Numbered from the stretch's first letter, positions 1 through 8,458 are shown. The stretch is DNA of 12,142 nucleotides from Archangiaceae bacterium (GCA_043750125.1 JAYVCD010000275.1:1-12142); one strand, 5' to 3'. Notes: generated by a model not told the origin, from the letters alone. A program made the numbers and translations.

Positions 1-2
1 AC

Positions 3-587
3 GTGGCGTCCCGCATCTTCGAAGCATTCTTCACCACCCGGCCCGCCGGCGAAGGCACCGGGCTGGGCCTCGTCCTCTGTCAGAACGTGGTGCACGCGAT
101 GGGAGGTGAAATTTCTTTCACCAGCGTCCCGGGAGCCACGACCTTCAAAGTCGCGCTGCCGCCTGCCCCGCCCCGGAAAACCGAGCCGCCTCGTGCTCCC
201 GACCCCGCGCCGCCGCCGCTGCCGCCGGAACAGAAGTCGCGCAGGGTGCTGGTGATCGACGACCACACCGCGATGGGGACTTCGCTGCAGATGATGTTGC
301 GCGGCGAGCACGAGGTCGACGCCGTGACGTCCGCCGGAGCCGCGCTCGAGCGAATGGAAGCGGTGCTCTACGACGTCATTCTGTGCGACGTGATGATGCC
401 GGGCGTGACGGGCATGGACCTCTACCGGCGGGTGCTCGAGTTCAACCCCCGCCTCGCCGAACGCTTCGTATTCATGACCGGCGGCGCCACCTCGGCCTCG
501 GTGCAGCGGTTCCTCGACTCGTCGAGGCGACGGGTGCTCGAAAAGCCGTTCGCCTCAGAGACGCTACGGGCGGTGCTCAGAGGCTGA
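3..587 (+). CDS. Hybrid sensor histidine kinase/response regulator, C-terminal part (5'-truncated by the window edge)
   Basis: HATPase_c F/G2 boxes (IFEAFFTTRPAGEGTGLGL), a Pro-rich linker, then a receiver domain with an acidic pair (VLVIDD), phospho-acceptor Asp (DVILCDVMMPG), Thr (MTGG) and KPF. The H-box/DHp lies upstream of the window. Confidence 0.93.
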   Translation: MASRIFEAFFTTRPAGEGTGLGLVLCQNVVHAMGGEISFTSVPGATTFKVALPPAPPRKTEPPRAPDPAPPPLPPEQKSRRVLVIDDHTAMGTSLQMMLRGEHEVDAVTSAGAALERMEAVLYDVILCDVMMPGVTGMDLYRRVLEFNPRLAERFVFMTGGATSASVQRFLDSSRRRVLEKPFASETLRAVLRG

Positions 588-611
588 GGACCGTGGTATG
601 CGCCCCGCGCC

Positions 612-2171
612 ATGAGCAACCTGGATGCAGATCCTCTCCGCGCGCGGTTGAAGAAACTCGAAGAGCTCGCCGAGCAGGGCGGTGGCCCCGAGCGGGTGGC
701 CAAGCAGCACGAAGCCGGCAAGCTGACCGCGCGCGAGCGCATCGACCTCTTCCTCGACCCGGGCAGCTTTCAAGAGCTCGACAAGTTCGTCACCCACCGC
801 GCGACCGACTTCGGCATGGCGGACAAAAAGATTCCCGGCGACGGGGTTATCACCGGCTATGGCGCAGTCGAAGGCCGCAAGGTGTTCATCTTCGCCCAGG
901 ACTTCACTGTCTTTGGCGGCAGCCTCTCGGGTGCCTACGCGCAGAAGATCTGCAAGGTGATGGACCTGGCGACCCGGGTCGGAGCGCCGATCATCGGCCT
1001 CAACGACAGCGGCGGCGCGCGGATTCAAGAAGGCGTCGAATCGTTGGCCGGCTACGCGGACATCTTCCTGCGCAACACGCTGACCTCGGGGGTGGTGCCG
1101 CAGATTTCCGTCATCCTCGGGCCGTGCGCGGGCGGCGCGGTCTACTCGCCGGCGATCACCGACTTCATCGTGATGGCGAAGAACACCAGCTACATGTTCA
1201 TCACCGGGCCCGACGTGATCAAGACCGTCACCCACGAAGAGGTGACGAAGGAAGCGCTCGGCGGAGCGGTCGCTCACAACCAGAAGTCCGGCGTGGCGCA
1301 CTTCGCCGCCGAGAACGAGCAAGCGGCGCTGATGCTGACCCGCGAATTGCTCTCGTACCTGCCCAGCAACAACACCGACGATCTGCCGGTGCAGGCCACC
1401 ACCGACGATTCGGCCCGGGCCGATGCGCTGCTCGCCACCCTCGTGCCGGCGAACCCGAACAAGCCGTACGAGATGAAAGAAGTGATCAAAGCGGTGGTCG
1501 ACGATCGCCACTTCTTCGAGGTCCAGGAGCACTACGCGAAGAACATCGTGATCGGCTTCGCGCGCATGGCGGGCCGGCCGGTCGGGCTCGTGGCCAACAA
1601 CCCCGCGGTGCTCGCCGGCTGTCTGGACATCGACGCCAGCGTCAAGGCGGCGCGCTTCGTTCGCTTCTGCGACTGCTTCAACATTCCCCTCGTCACTTTC
1701 GTCGACGTCCCCGGCTTCTTGCCCGGCACGACCCAGGAATGGGGAGGGATCATCAAGCACGGCGCGAAGCTGCTCTACGCGTACGCGGAAGCGACGGTGC
1801 CGAAGGTGACGGTGATTACCCGCAAGGCCTATGGCGGCGCGTACGACGTGATGGCCAGCAAGCACATCCGGGCCGACGTGAACTACGCGTGGCCCACCGC
1901 AGAGATCGCGGTGATGGGCCCCGAAGGCGCGGTGAACATCGTCTTTCGCAAAGAGCTCGACGGGGCGAAGGACCCCGTGGCCGAGAAGGCGCGGCTGGTC
2001 GCGGAATACCGCGAGAAGTTCGCCAACCCGTTCAAGGCCGCCGAGCTCGGCTACGTGGACGAAGTGATTCGGCCCGAGGCCACGCGCGAGAAGCTGATTC
2101 GATCGCTCGAGCTGCTGAAGGACAAACGACAGGAAAATCTGCCGCGCAAGCACGGCAACATTCCACTGTAG
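612..2171 (+). CDS. pccB: Acyl-CoA (propionyl-/methylmalonyl-CoA type) carboxylase carboxyltransferase beta subunit, 519 aa
   Basis: Hallmark motifs [65 protein letters not shown] and C-terminal RKHGNIPL. Exact substrate cannot be determined from sequence. Confidence 0.95.
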   Translation: MSNLDADPLRARLKKLEELAEQGGGPERVAKQHEAGKLTARERIDLFLDPGSFQELDKFVTHRATDFGMADKKIPGDGVITGYGAVEGRKVFIFAQDFTVFGGSLSGAYAQKICKVMDLATRVGAPIIGLNDSGGARIQEGVESLAGYADIFLRNTLTSGVVPQISVILGPCAGGAVYSPAITDFIVMAKNTSYMFITGPDVIKTVTHEEVTKEALGGAVAHNQKSGVAHFAAENEQAALMLTRELLSYLPSNNTDDLPVQATTDDSARADALLATLVPANPNKPYEMKEVIKAVVDDRHFFEVQEHYAKNIVIGFARMAGRPVGLVANNPAVLAGCLDIDASVKAARFVRFCDCFNIPLVTFVDVPGFLPGTTQEWGGIIKHGAKLLYAYAEATVPKVTVITRKAYGGAYDVMASKHIRADVNYAWPTAEIAVMGPEGAVNIVFRKELDGAKDPVAEKARLVAEYREKFANPFKAAELGYVDEVIRPEATREKLIRSLELLKDKRQENLPRKHGNIPL

Positions 2172-2212
2172 AGCTCAAGGGGCTGCCGAGGGCTTCGAGT
2201 TGCGGCGGGCAA

Positions 2213-3421
2213 TCACCCCTGCAAATCCGCGAGTCGTCTCTTCATCAGGTCGATCAGCAGCTTCGTGGTGCGGGGCTCGAAGCCGATTTCTTTCACCCGG
2301 GCGATGAAGGGCGCGGCCAACCCGATCATCCGATCCAACCGCGAGGCGATCGCCCTGGCTGGCAGGTTGAAGCGCCGACCAAAATCGATCAGGTGGGCGC
2401 GCTTGAGGTTGTCGTCTCGGCCTTCGATCTTCAGCGCGAGGTGAAGATCAAGGTAGGGCCGGGTCGAAAGCACGTCGTAGAGCGGACTGAGCTGAAGCGA
2501 GTTGTGAGCGGCGCTGACGCTGATGTTCTTTCCGTGCAGATCTCCGTTGCCAACCAGGTAGCTGAAGGCAGTCAGGTCGATCAACCGAGCGCGTTCAGCG
2601 GCCGGTGAATCGCAGACCTCGAGCGCTTGCGCGACTTCGTGGGTCTTCAGGTTGTACTTGTCGGCGGGGTACCGATTGAGGAATTGGCACGCGTCTTCCT
2701 GGTGGATCCCGCGCCACTGCCTGCCCTTGCGTTCGCGGTCGAAGCGCTCGACCAGCAAGCCTGCTGCGTTGTCCTTGTCTCTGACGAGGAAGGTTTTTGC
2801 GGCGTCGAAGCCGCAGGCCGTGGCCATGGTCATGAAGAAGTGTTCGTTCTCCACCAGCAGCGGCTTGTCCGCGGGATTCAGCTTCAGGATCCACCGTTTG
2901 CCGGGCGTGGCGAGGGGAATCGAAATGACCGAGGGAGACAGCTTGTCCTGCACTCCGGGAACGGAAGGCTCATGGCTCGACCCGAGGCTGATTCGGAAAA
3001 GCTCTCGAAACGAGACCTGGTCCAGAGGGCTTCGCTCTTCGAGCTCCGTCTTGAAAGGCTCGACTTTTTCCCCTGGCAGAATCGGAAACAAATCGCCCAC
3101 GCAATTCGACCCCGCAGCGACAAGCAGGGTGAAGAGGTCGTCCGCAGATGTCTTGGTGCGGGCCAGCAGCGAACGCAGCCGCAGCCCCTCGGGAATGAGC
3201 CCGGCGAAGTAGGTGTGGAGGTTGACCCCCTGAGTCTCGATCGTCTTTGGCGCGTAGGGCAGATGAAGGGCCAGACCGCCGGGAAGGTCGTGGTGCGCCT
3301 CGTAGAACGCGGTGTCGTATTCGAACACCGCACCTCGAGGCGTCCGACGCAGTTCACCGGCACGGATGGCGTTTCGGTAGATGTCGATGGCCTCGACGCT
3401 GCGTGGATCCCCCGAGGTCAT
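2213..3421 (-). CDS. hipA: HipA-family serine/threonine kinase toxin with fused N-terminal (couple_hipA) domain, 402 aa
   Basis: Gly-rich loop SVPGVQDK, WILK lysine, ENEH, LLVERFDR, HQEDACQ, catalytic GNGDLHGKN and LSPLYD. The ATG at 3421-3419 overlaps the hipB TGA (ATGA), so it is preferred over the ORF-track start at 3445. Confidence 0.93.
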   Translation of the reverse strand: MTSGDPRSVEAIDIYRNAIRAGELRRTPRGAVFEYDTAFYEAHHDLPGGLALHLPYAPKTIETQGVNLHTYFAGLIPEGLRLRSLLARTKTSADDLFTLLVAAGSNCVGDLFPILPGEKVEPFKTELEERSPLDQVSFRELFRISLGSSHEPSVPGVQDKLSPSVISIPLATPGKRWILKLNPADKPLLVENEHFFMTMATACGFDAAKTFLVRDKDNAAGLLVERFDRERKGRQWRGIHQEDACQFLNRYPADKYNLKTHEVAQALEVCDSPAAERARLIDLTAFSYLVGNGDLHGKNISVSAAHNSLQLSPLYDVLSTRPYLDLHLALKIEGRDDNLKRAHLIDFGRRFNLPARAIASRLDRMIGLAAPFIARVKEIGFEPRTTKLLIDLMKRRLADLQG

Positions 3422-3735
3422 TTCGTCAGTGACCCGGAAATCCAATCGCCCGCGACGACGACTTCCCCTTCCGGGCGGCCGCTGCGTACCTCGAGCTTCA
3501 GCCCCAGCGCGTCAAGCACCGCCAACAGCTTGCCCAACTGCACCGTCGACTTGCCCCGCTCGAGGTCGTAGAGGAAATCGGGTCCACAATTGGAAAGCTC
3601 GGCCAGCTGCTTCTGGGTGAGTCGCAGAAGCTTCCGTCGCTTGCGAACGATGGCGCCGAGCTCCGTGGCCCACGCGCCGGGGCTCGACTCAGAAGTCAGC
3701 GCAGACTCGGCCGATCGGCTGGATTTGGGCCTCAT
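3418..3735 (-). CDS. hipB: HipB-like XRE/Cro HTH antitoxin and transcriptional regulator, ~105 aa
   Basis: LGAIVRKRRKLLRLTQKQLAELSNCGPDFLYDLERGKSTVQLGKLLAVLDALGL is a typical HTH_3/y4mF-type domain. It lies directly upstream of hipA with a 4-nt overlap. ATG at 3735 chosen over the upstream ORF-track start at 3840. Confidence 0.88.
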   Translation of the reverse strand: MRPKSSRSAESALTSESSPGAWATELGAIVRKRRKLLRLTQKQLAELSNCGPDFLYDLERGKSTVQLGKLLAVLDALGLKLEVRSGRPEGEVVVAGDWISGSLTK

Positions 3736-3742
3736 CCCGGCC

Positions 3743-3771
3743 ACCTTAAAGACCAAATCGACAAGATTCAA
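3743..3771 (-). promoter_or_regulatory. Putative sigma70-type promoter of hipBA
   Basis: Minus strand reads TTGAAT (3771-3766), a 17-nt spacer, then TAAGGT (3748-3743), ending 7 nt before the hipB ATG. Confidence 0.5.
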
Positions 3772-3799
3772 TCCGAGCGCATGGATTGTATGGGGGGGA

Positions 3800-3837
3800 C
3801 GGCTGGTTGGGGGCTCGACTTCCCCGCAATCCAGCCG
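3800..3837 (-). terminator. Imperfect GC-rich hairpin downstream of the cupin gene; possible terminator or insulator
   Basis: On the + strand CGGCTGG (3800-3806) pairs with CCAGCCG (3831-3837), TTG with CAA and GGGG with CCCC, with two bulges. No U-tract, so the call is weak. Confidence 0.25.
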
Positions 3838-3879
3838 CACGACCGGAAAACGTTTCGGGACGGAAACTGCGACAGACGC

Positions 3880-4431
3880 CTACTTCTTGGCCTGGTTCCG
3901 CGGGTCGTCGGTCGGGTTCACGTAGGTGATCGCCCAGGGGCCGACACCGTGGACCTGCACGACGGTCTCGACCTTGGTCGCGCCGAAGTGGTGATGGCCG
4001 ACCGGCATGACGAGAAAGCTGCCCGCGGGAAATTCCTTCATCTGCGCGGGATCCAGCTTGTCGCCCATGCCCATCGAGAAGGCCCCGCTGATCACCGTGA
4101 CGTGCTCATCGGCCGGGTGGGAATGCGGCATCACCTTGTAGTTGGCCGGCAGCTTCAGGCGCATGGTGAAGAGCGCGTTCGGCGCCTTCGGGTCTCCCTC
4201 GACCACCGCCATCTTGGCTCCGGCCGGCAGGCTGGGCGGACCATCGACCCACTTGATGTCCGTCGGCAACAACATCACCTGCGACGTCATCGTCGCACCG
4301 ACCGAGCCCATCGTGGGGGCGGGGGCGGGGGCGGCAGCGGCCGGCTTCTTGTCTTCGGCGCGTGCCACCGAAACTCCAGCGAGGGTCGTCAGCACGGCAA
4401 CGCCAACGCCTGCGAAAATCAGCTTTTTCAT
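3880..4431 (-). CDS. Exported cupin-domain protein (DUF4437-like), 183 aa
   Basis: Signal peptide MKKLIFAGVGVAVLTTLAGVSVARA, Ala/Pro linker, cupin motif 1 (PHSHPADEHVTVISG) and motif 2 (PAGSFLVMPVGHHHF). An AGGA RBS precedes the ATG at 4431. Confidence 0.85.
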   Translation of the reverse strand: MKKLIFAGVGVAVLTTLAGVSVARAEDKKPAAAAPAPAPTMGSVGATMTSQVMLLPTDIKWVDGPPSLPAGAKMAVVEGDPKAPNALFTMRLKLPANYKVMPHSHPADEHVTVISGAFSMGMGDKLDPAQMKEFPAGSFLVMPVGHHHFGATKVETVVQVHGVGPWAITYVNPTDDPRNQAKK

Positions 4432-4565
4432 CGGTAGGTCCTGGGTTGAGTTGAAAAGCCCCGCCGATTTACTCCAGACGGGAGGCAGGCATTCGAAGAG
4501 TTGCCACGACATTTGCGGCCCCTCGATTTTCACCCCCGAGATCATTTCCGGGCTAGGGCCCTCTC

Positions 4566-4940
4566 ATGCTCAAAGACTTCAAGTCGTTTCTGCTGAAGCA
4601 GAACATCATTGGGCTGGCGATCGCCGTGGTGGTCGGCACCTCGCTCAACGCGCTGGTCAAATCGATCGTCGACGATTTCATCATGCCCGTCGTCCTCAGC
4701 TTTTCTCCCGGAGGTGAGTGGCAGAAGACGACCTGGAACCTCGGGCCGGTCAGCCTCGGAATCGGCCACTTCCTCAGCGCCGCGATCAACTTCCTGATCG
4801 TCGGGCTGGTCGCGTGGAGGATCGCTCGGCTCTTTCTCAAGGCCGACCTGCCGACCCGGACATGCGTCCATTGCAAGTTGTCGATCGACGCGACGGCGAC
4901 GCGGTGCCCCCACTGCACCAGCGAGCTTTCTGCCGCCTGA
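4566..4940 (+). CDS. mscL: Large-conductance mechanosensitive channel MscL with C-terminal CxxC-x10-CxxC tail, 124 aa
   Basis: N-terminal amphipathic MLKDFKSFL, TM1 NIIGLAIAVVVG...IVDDFIMP, TM2 GHFLSAAINFLIVGLV, then tail CVHC-x10-CPHC. Confidence 0.9.
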   Translation: MLKDFKSFLLKQNIIGLAIAVVVGTSLNALVKSIVDDFIMPVVLSFSPGGEWQKTTWNLGPVSLGIGHFLSAAINFLIVGLVAWRIARLFLKADLPTRTCVHCKLSIDATATRCPHCTSELSAA

Positions 4941-4951
4941 ACAACCTGGGG

Positions 4952-7900
4952 TCAGCCCCCGGTTCTCCAGATGCGTACCCCACTGACGCCATTGCCGGTG
5001 ACCAGGTACAGCCACGACGCGGCGCCGAAGGTGAGGGCCCGCGCATCGAAGATTTGCCGATTGATCGCCGCTGCCCCGAGCCCATTGCCGCCCAGCCCCT
5101 GACACCCTACGACGCCGGCGACGCAGCCCAGCGCGCCGGTGAAGTCCGCCCGGGTCGTCGGTGTCGCCGCCATCGTCTTGAAAATCTGCACTCCCATCGG
5201 GTTGTTGAAACCCACGAAGAGCGTGGTGGCGGTGGCGGCGAGCAGACCGATCGAGTTGTTCGCCGCGTCGTTGAACTGCGACAGCTGGCCGTCGCCCTGG
5301 TTGTTGAACGCGATCAAAGACCACTCGGAAGGGGCGCAGAAGCCATCGACGCCCGGATCGCACACCCACAACTGCGGTCCGCTCAAGGTGTTGCGGGCGG
5401 CGTACAACCGGCCCTGGTAGCTGACCAGCGCGGGGAAGGCTTTGTCCGAAGGAATGATCTCGGACATCTTGGTCGAGGTCTGCGATGTCTTCGACGTGTA
5501 GCCCGCCGCGGTCGGTGTGCTCAGGGACCAGTCTGCAGGGGAAACCACCGGGCTGACGGGGGTGGCGGTGGTGGTTCTGATGATGCCCCCGTTGTTGGCG
5601 ACGTAGAGGCGATCGTTGAAGTCGGTGAGGGCGTCGATCATCACCACCGGGGTGGTGTTTCCACCAAACTGACCCAGCCCCGGCATCCGGCCGCTTTCGA
5701 GGTCGAGCACGTCGGTGCTAGCCAACAGGCTCTTGCTGACCACGGCGTTGAGTCCGGGCGTCGGTACCGGGGACAACAACGACAACAGATAGGGCCGAGT
5801 GCCTCCCGAGTCGGGGAAGCCCAGGTAGAGCCGGTTCTTGAACGCGTGCGCGGCTGAAATTCCTTTGGTGCTTCCCCCGAGTGCCGCCGAAATGTCCACG
5901 AACCGGAAGTTGAGCGTCGAGGCCGTGTCGTTGGACAAATAGACGTAGTTGATGGCGCCGTTGAGGTTCGCTCCAGCGATGCCCAGGAATTCGATTCCTT
6001 GAAGCGTGCCCGAGAAAAAGATTCCACGACCGTTCTCGTTGTGCGGGCCACACGCAGGCGTGTTGGCCGTGCAACCCAAAGTGCCGATCGACGGGTAGGG
6101 GGCCGCCGACGTGTTGGCGTGGCTGGTGCCGCCGTTTCCTACGTCGCGGGCGAAAGCGAAGGCGTAGTTGGCGGCACCGGTTCCGTCGGGATTCATCGCC
6201 ACTGCGCCGAAGCCCGTTTTTCGCGGTCCGAGCCAGACCTTCCCCGCATACGAAAAGATGTACGAGAACGCAGTCGCGTCTGCGAAGGGGTCGGTGGCCA
6301 GCAAGGTCACTTCGCCGCCCATCGCGGCGAGGTTCGAGGTGAGCGGACCGGTGCTGAGCGGCTTCGCGTCGTTGGCGTCCGTGCCGCTGGCGCTCCCCGA
6401 GACCTGCGCGGTTCCCGTCGTCCCCGCGGCCAGAACCCAGGTGAAGGTCACGCCTCCATCGGCAGCGAGCGCCGCGGTGGCGGGCACCGGCCCCGAGACC
6501 ACCGTCGCGCTGCCCGAAACCACCAGCGCCGAAGGAGTGACCGACAGCGCCACCGCCTGGCCCGAGTTGGTGACCTGCATCGTCGCGTTGAATTGCGAGG
6601 CAGGCGCGACCGAGGGGGGAATCGAGAGCACTCCGTCCAGGCGTGCTGGGCGATCGACCTGGATGATCGCCGAGCTCGCCAGCGCAGCCGTCACGGGCAT
6701 CGCGTCAATCGCGTCGGTGCCGGACGGACGCGCCTGGAACCCCAGCGGGCCGCCCGCCGACGCGGCGCTGGTGTAGACGAAAGATCGCAACCCACCCGGG
6801 GGAATGTCCCCAGCGGTGGGCACCGGCCCCGCGTCCGGGATCAAGATCGCGCTGCCCAGCACGGCGATCGGGCCGGGGCCAACCAGCGTCGCCATCGAGT
6901 CGCCGGCATTGGCCACCTCGAGCGACCACCCGAAGCTCTGCCCGACGTTGACCCGCGCCGGGGTGGTGAAGGTGGCCGTCAGGCTCGCCCGTTGCCCGAC
7001 GACGAGCGTGCCGCCCATCGGGGCCGCGTTCACCGGCAGGCCCGAATATTCGTCGGATCCCCCGGCGCCCACGGTCAGCTGCACCCCGCCCCGGGTTGCC
7101 CCGTCGAAGACCCAGACGAAGCTCACGGGCGAGCCCCCCACCGCCGCGGGCCCCGGGGCAGAGACGAGACTCAACGCTCCGACGCCGCTGAGCGCGAGGG
7201 TCGGGACGACCGCGAGCGCTCGCGCGTCACCCGAGTTGGTGACCATCGCCGTGAGGGTGAAGCGCTGACCCACAGCAATGCGAGTGGCGCTCTGAGTCAC
7301 TGCGACCGCCAGCTGCGCAGGGTTGATGATGTTCACGGTCTCGACCGCGGGGGACATCGCCACCGTGGCCCCGGTCAGCGCGTCCAGACCCAGCGCATCG
7401 ACCCGAAAGGACACCGAGCCCGTGGCGAGGGTATCGAAGAAAAACGAGAACGGCTGCTTTGCCCCCACCGGGACATCGCGCTTGAGCGGAGCGTTCTTCA
7501 AGTCCACCCGTGCCGGCGGTGTCGCGACCGCGGTGGGCAACAGATCTCGAACAGCCACCCCTCCGACGTTGGTCGCCTCGAGCACCAGCTCGATGACCTG
7601 CCCCCGACTGACCGTCTTCTGCGTCGCCACCAGCGTGCTGATGATGTCGGGGGGAGGCACGATCTGCACCGCCGTGGACAGGGGCTCCACCCGCACCTCG
7701 AGCCCCGTGCGTTGATCGACGCCCCGGGCCTCGGCCCAGAGCACCTCGTCACCCACTTTCGTGCTGACCCAGGTGAGCTCAAAGCGGGTTGACTCGCCCG
7801 GCTTCAGCGACATTTGCCCCAGGCTCACCCCGAGCGCGGTGACTTCCGCCGAGCCCATCGCGGGAAGCTGGAGCGGGCCGATCATCACCACCGGGGCATC

Positions 7901-8359
7901 GCCCACGTTGGTCAAATCGAGGTGCGCGACGATCTCTTTGAGCACCCGCACCGCGCTCGCCCCGGTCGAAAGCGTGGCGATCAGCCTGCCCCCACGGCGC
8001 GGCAAGATTTCCAGCGCGTCCTCGAGAACGGTCGATTGCCCATAAGGGTCGACCAGGCGCACCGCCTGCTTTCCCAGAGGCAGCCCGGCCGGGACCACCG
8101 CGGTCAGCGTCTTCGAATCGACCCATTCGACCGGGTTCAACTTCTGGTCTGCCACGAAGACTTCGAAGGCCGGGTTGACCGAAACGTCGCCGGTGCCGCC
8201 TCCCCATCGCACGCTCGCTTTCGGGGTGAAGAACTCTCCGAGCAGCCGCGCGGGGGTCGCTTCGTCGACGAACGAGGTCGCGGGGCTGACCTCGTCCAGC
8301 CGGGGGGGATGCCCGGGCTTGCCCGCCGACGTGCAGCCGACGAGCGTGAAAAGCAGCAC
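4952..8359 (-). CDS. Large surface lipoprotein (~1135 aa): lipobox, IPT/TIG domain, five Ig-like (CARDB/DUF11-type) repeats, and a LigB-like C-terminal domain
   Basis: LVGC lipobox; TIG-like segment (LDEVSP...WVDSKTLTAVVPAGLPLG...VRLVDPYG); five repeats each with an (T/A)NxG motif; ~450-aa beta-rich C-terminal domain with three close Cys pairs. The start codon is uncertain. Confidence 0.88.
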   Translation of the reverse strand: MLLFTLVGCTSAGKPGHPPRLDEVSPATSFVDEATPARLLGEFFTPKASVRWGGGTGDVSVNPAFEVFVADQKLNPVEWVDSKTLTAVVPAGLPLGKQAVRLVDPYGQSTVLEDALEILPRRGGRLIATLSTGASAVRVLKEIVAHLDLTNVGDAPVVMIGPLQLPAMGSAEVTALGVSLGQMSLKPGESTRFELTWVSTKVGDEVLWAEARGVDQRTGLEVRVEPLSTAVQIVPPPDIISTLVATQKTVSRGQVIELVLEATNVGGVAVRDLLPTAVATPPARVDLKNAPLKRDVPVGAKQPFSFFFDTLATGSVSFRVDALGLDALTGATVAMSPAVETVNIINPAQLAVAVTQSATRIAVGQRFTLTAMVTNSGDARALAVVPTLALSGVGALSLVSAPGPAAVGGSPVSFVWVFDGATRGGVQLTVGAGGSDEYSGLPVNAAPMGGTLVVGQRASLTATFTTPARVNVGQSFGWSLEVANAGDSMATLVGPGPIAVLGSAILIPDAGPVPTAGDIPPGGLRSFVYTSAASAGGPLGFQARPSGTDAIDAMPVTAALASSAIIQVDRPARLDGVLSIPPSVAPASQFNATMQVTNSGQAVALSVTPSALVVSGSATVVSGPVPATAALAADGGVTFTWVLAAGTTGTAQVSGSASGTDANDAKPLSTGPLTSNLAAMGGEVTLLATDPFADATAFSYIFSYAGKVWLGPRKTGFGAVAMNPDGTGAANYAFAFARDVGNGGTSHANTSAAPYPSIGTLGCTANTPACGPHNENGRGIFFSGTLQGIEFLGIAGANLNGAINYVYLSNDTASTLNFRFVDISAALGGSTKGISAAHAFKNRLYLGFPDSGGTRPYLLSLLSPVPTPGLNAVVSKSLLASTDVLDLESGRMPGLGQFGGNTTPVVMIDALTDFNDRLYVANNGGIIRTTTATPVSPVVSPADWSLSTPTAAGYTSKTSQTSTKMSEIIPSDKAFPALVSYQGRLYAARNTLSGPQLWVCDPGVDGFCAPSEWSLIAFNNQGDGQLSQFNDAANNSIGLLAATATTLFVGFNNPMGVQIFKTMAATPTTRADFTGALGCVAGVVGCQGLGGNGLGAAAINRQIFDARALTFGAASWLYLVTGNGVSGVRIWRTGG
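6321..7993 (-). repeat. Five tandem, diverged ~110-aa Ig-like protein repeats
   Basis: Asn codons of the NxG motifs start at 7909, 7570, 7237, 6910 and 6568 (spacing 339, 333, 327, 342 nt). Each unit also has a GxD motif near its end. An identical 15-mer CCCGAGTTGGTGACC occurs at 6561-6575 and 7230-7244. Confidence 0.8.
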
Positions 8360-8428
8360 TCCCTGCCATCTGCTGCGTGGGACCCAGAAAATCAGACGGA
8401 CACCCGCGCGAGTTGAAACAACGCTGGG

Positions 8429-8458
8429 ACCTTACCCGTTCTGCGGCCCCGCTCTCAA
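8429..8458 (-). promoter_or_regulatory. Possible sigma70-type promoter for the large lipoprotein gene
   Basis: Minus strand reads TTGAGA (8458-8453), an 18-nt spacer, then TAAGGT (8434-8429). This is the same -10 hexamer as upstream of hipB. Confidence 0.3.

Noticed and set aside
564-2153. 529-aa ORF antisense to pccB
   Set aside because: Antisense shadow produced by codon bias; no independent coding signal.
383-2608. 741-aa + strand ORF overlapping the kinase, pccB and hipA
   Set aside because: Arg/Gly/Pro-rich off-frame shadow typical of high-GC DNA; no motifs, and it overlaps three well-supported genes.
3736-4545. Upstream extensions of hipB (to 3840) and the cupin gene (to 4545)
   Set aside because: They run through promoter-like intergenic DNA. 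The downstream ATGs fit better (promoter spacing for hipB, RBS and signal peptide for the cupin).
4943-4964. AACC-T-GGGG-tcag-CCCC-C-GGTT hairpin between convergent mscL and lipoprotein genes
   Set aside because: Short, mismatched, overlaps a stop codon and has no U-tract; insufficient for a terminator call.
4542-7792. Long alternative ORFs over mscL and the large lipoprotein (4542..5369, 4718..5857, 5999..7792 and others)
   Set aside because: Low-complexity Arg-rich shadows with no recognisable domains.
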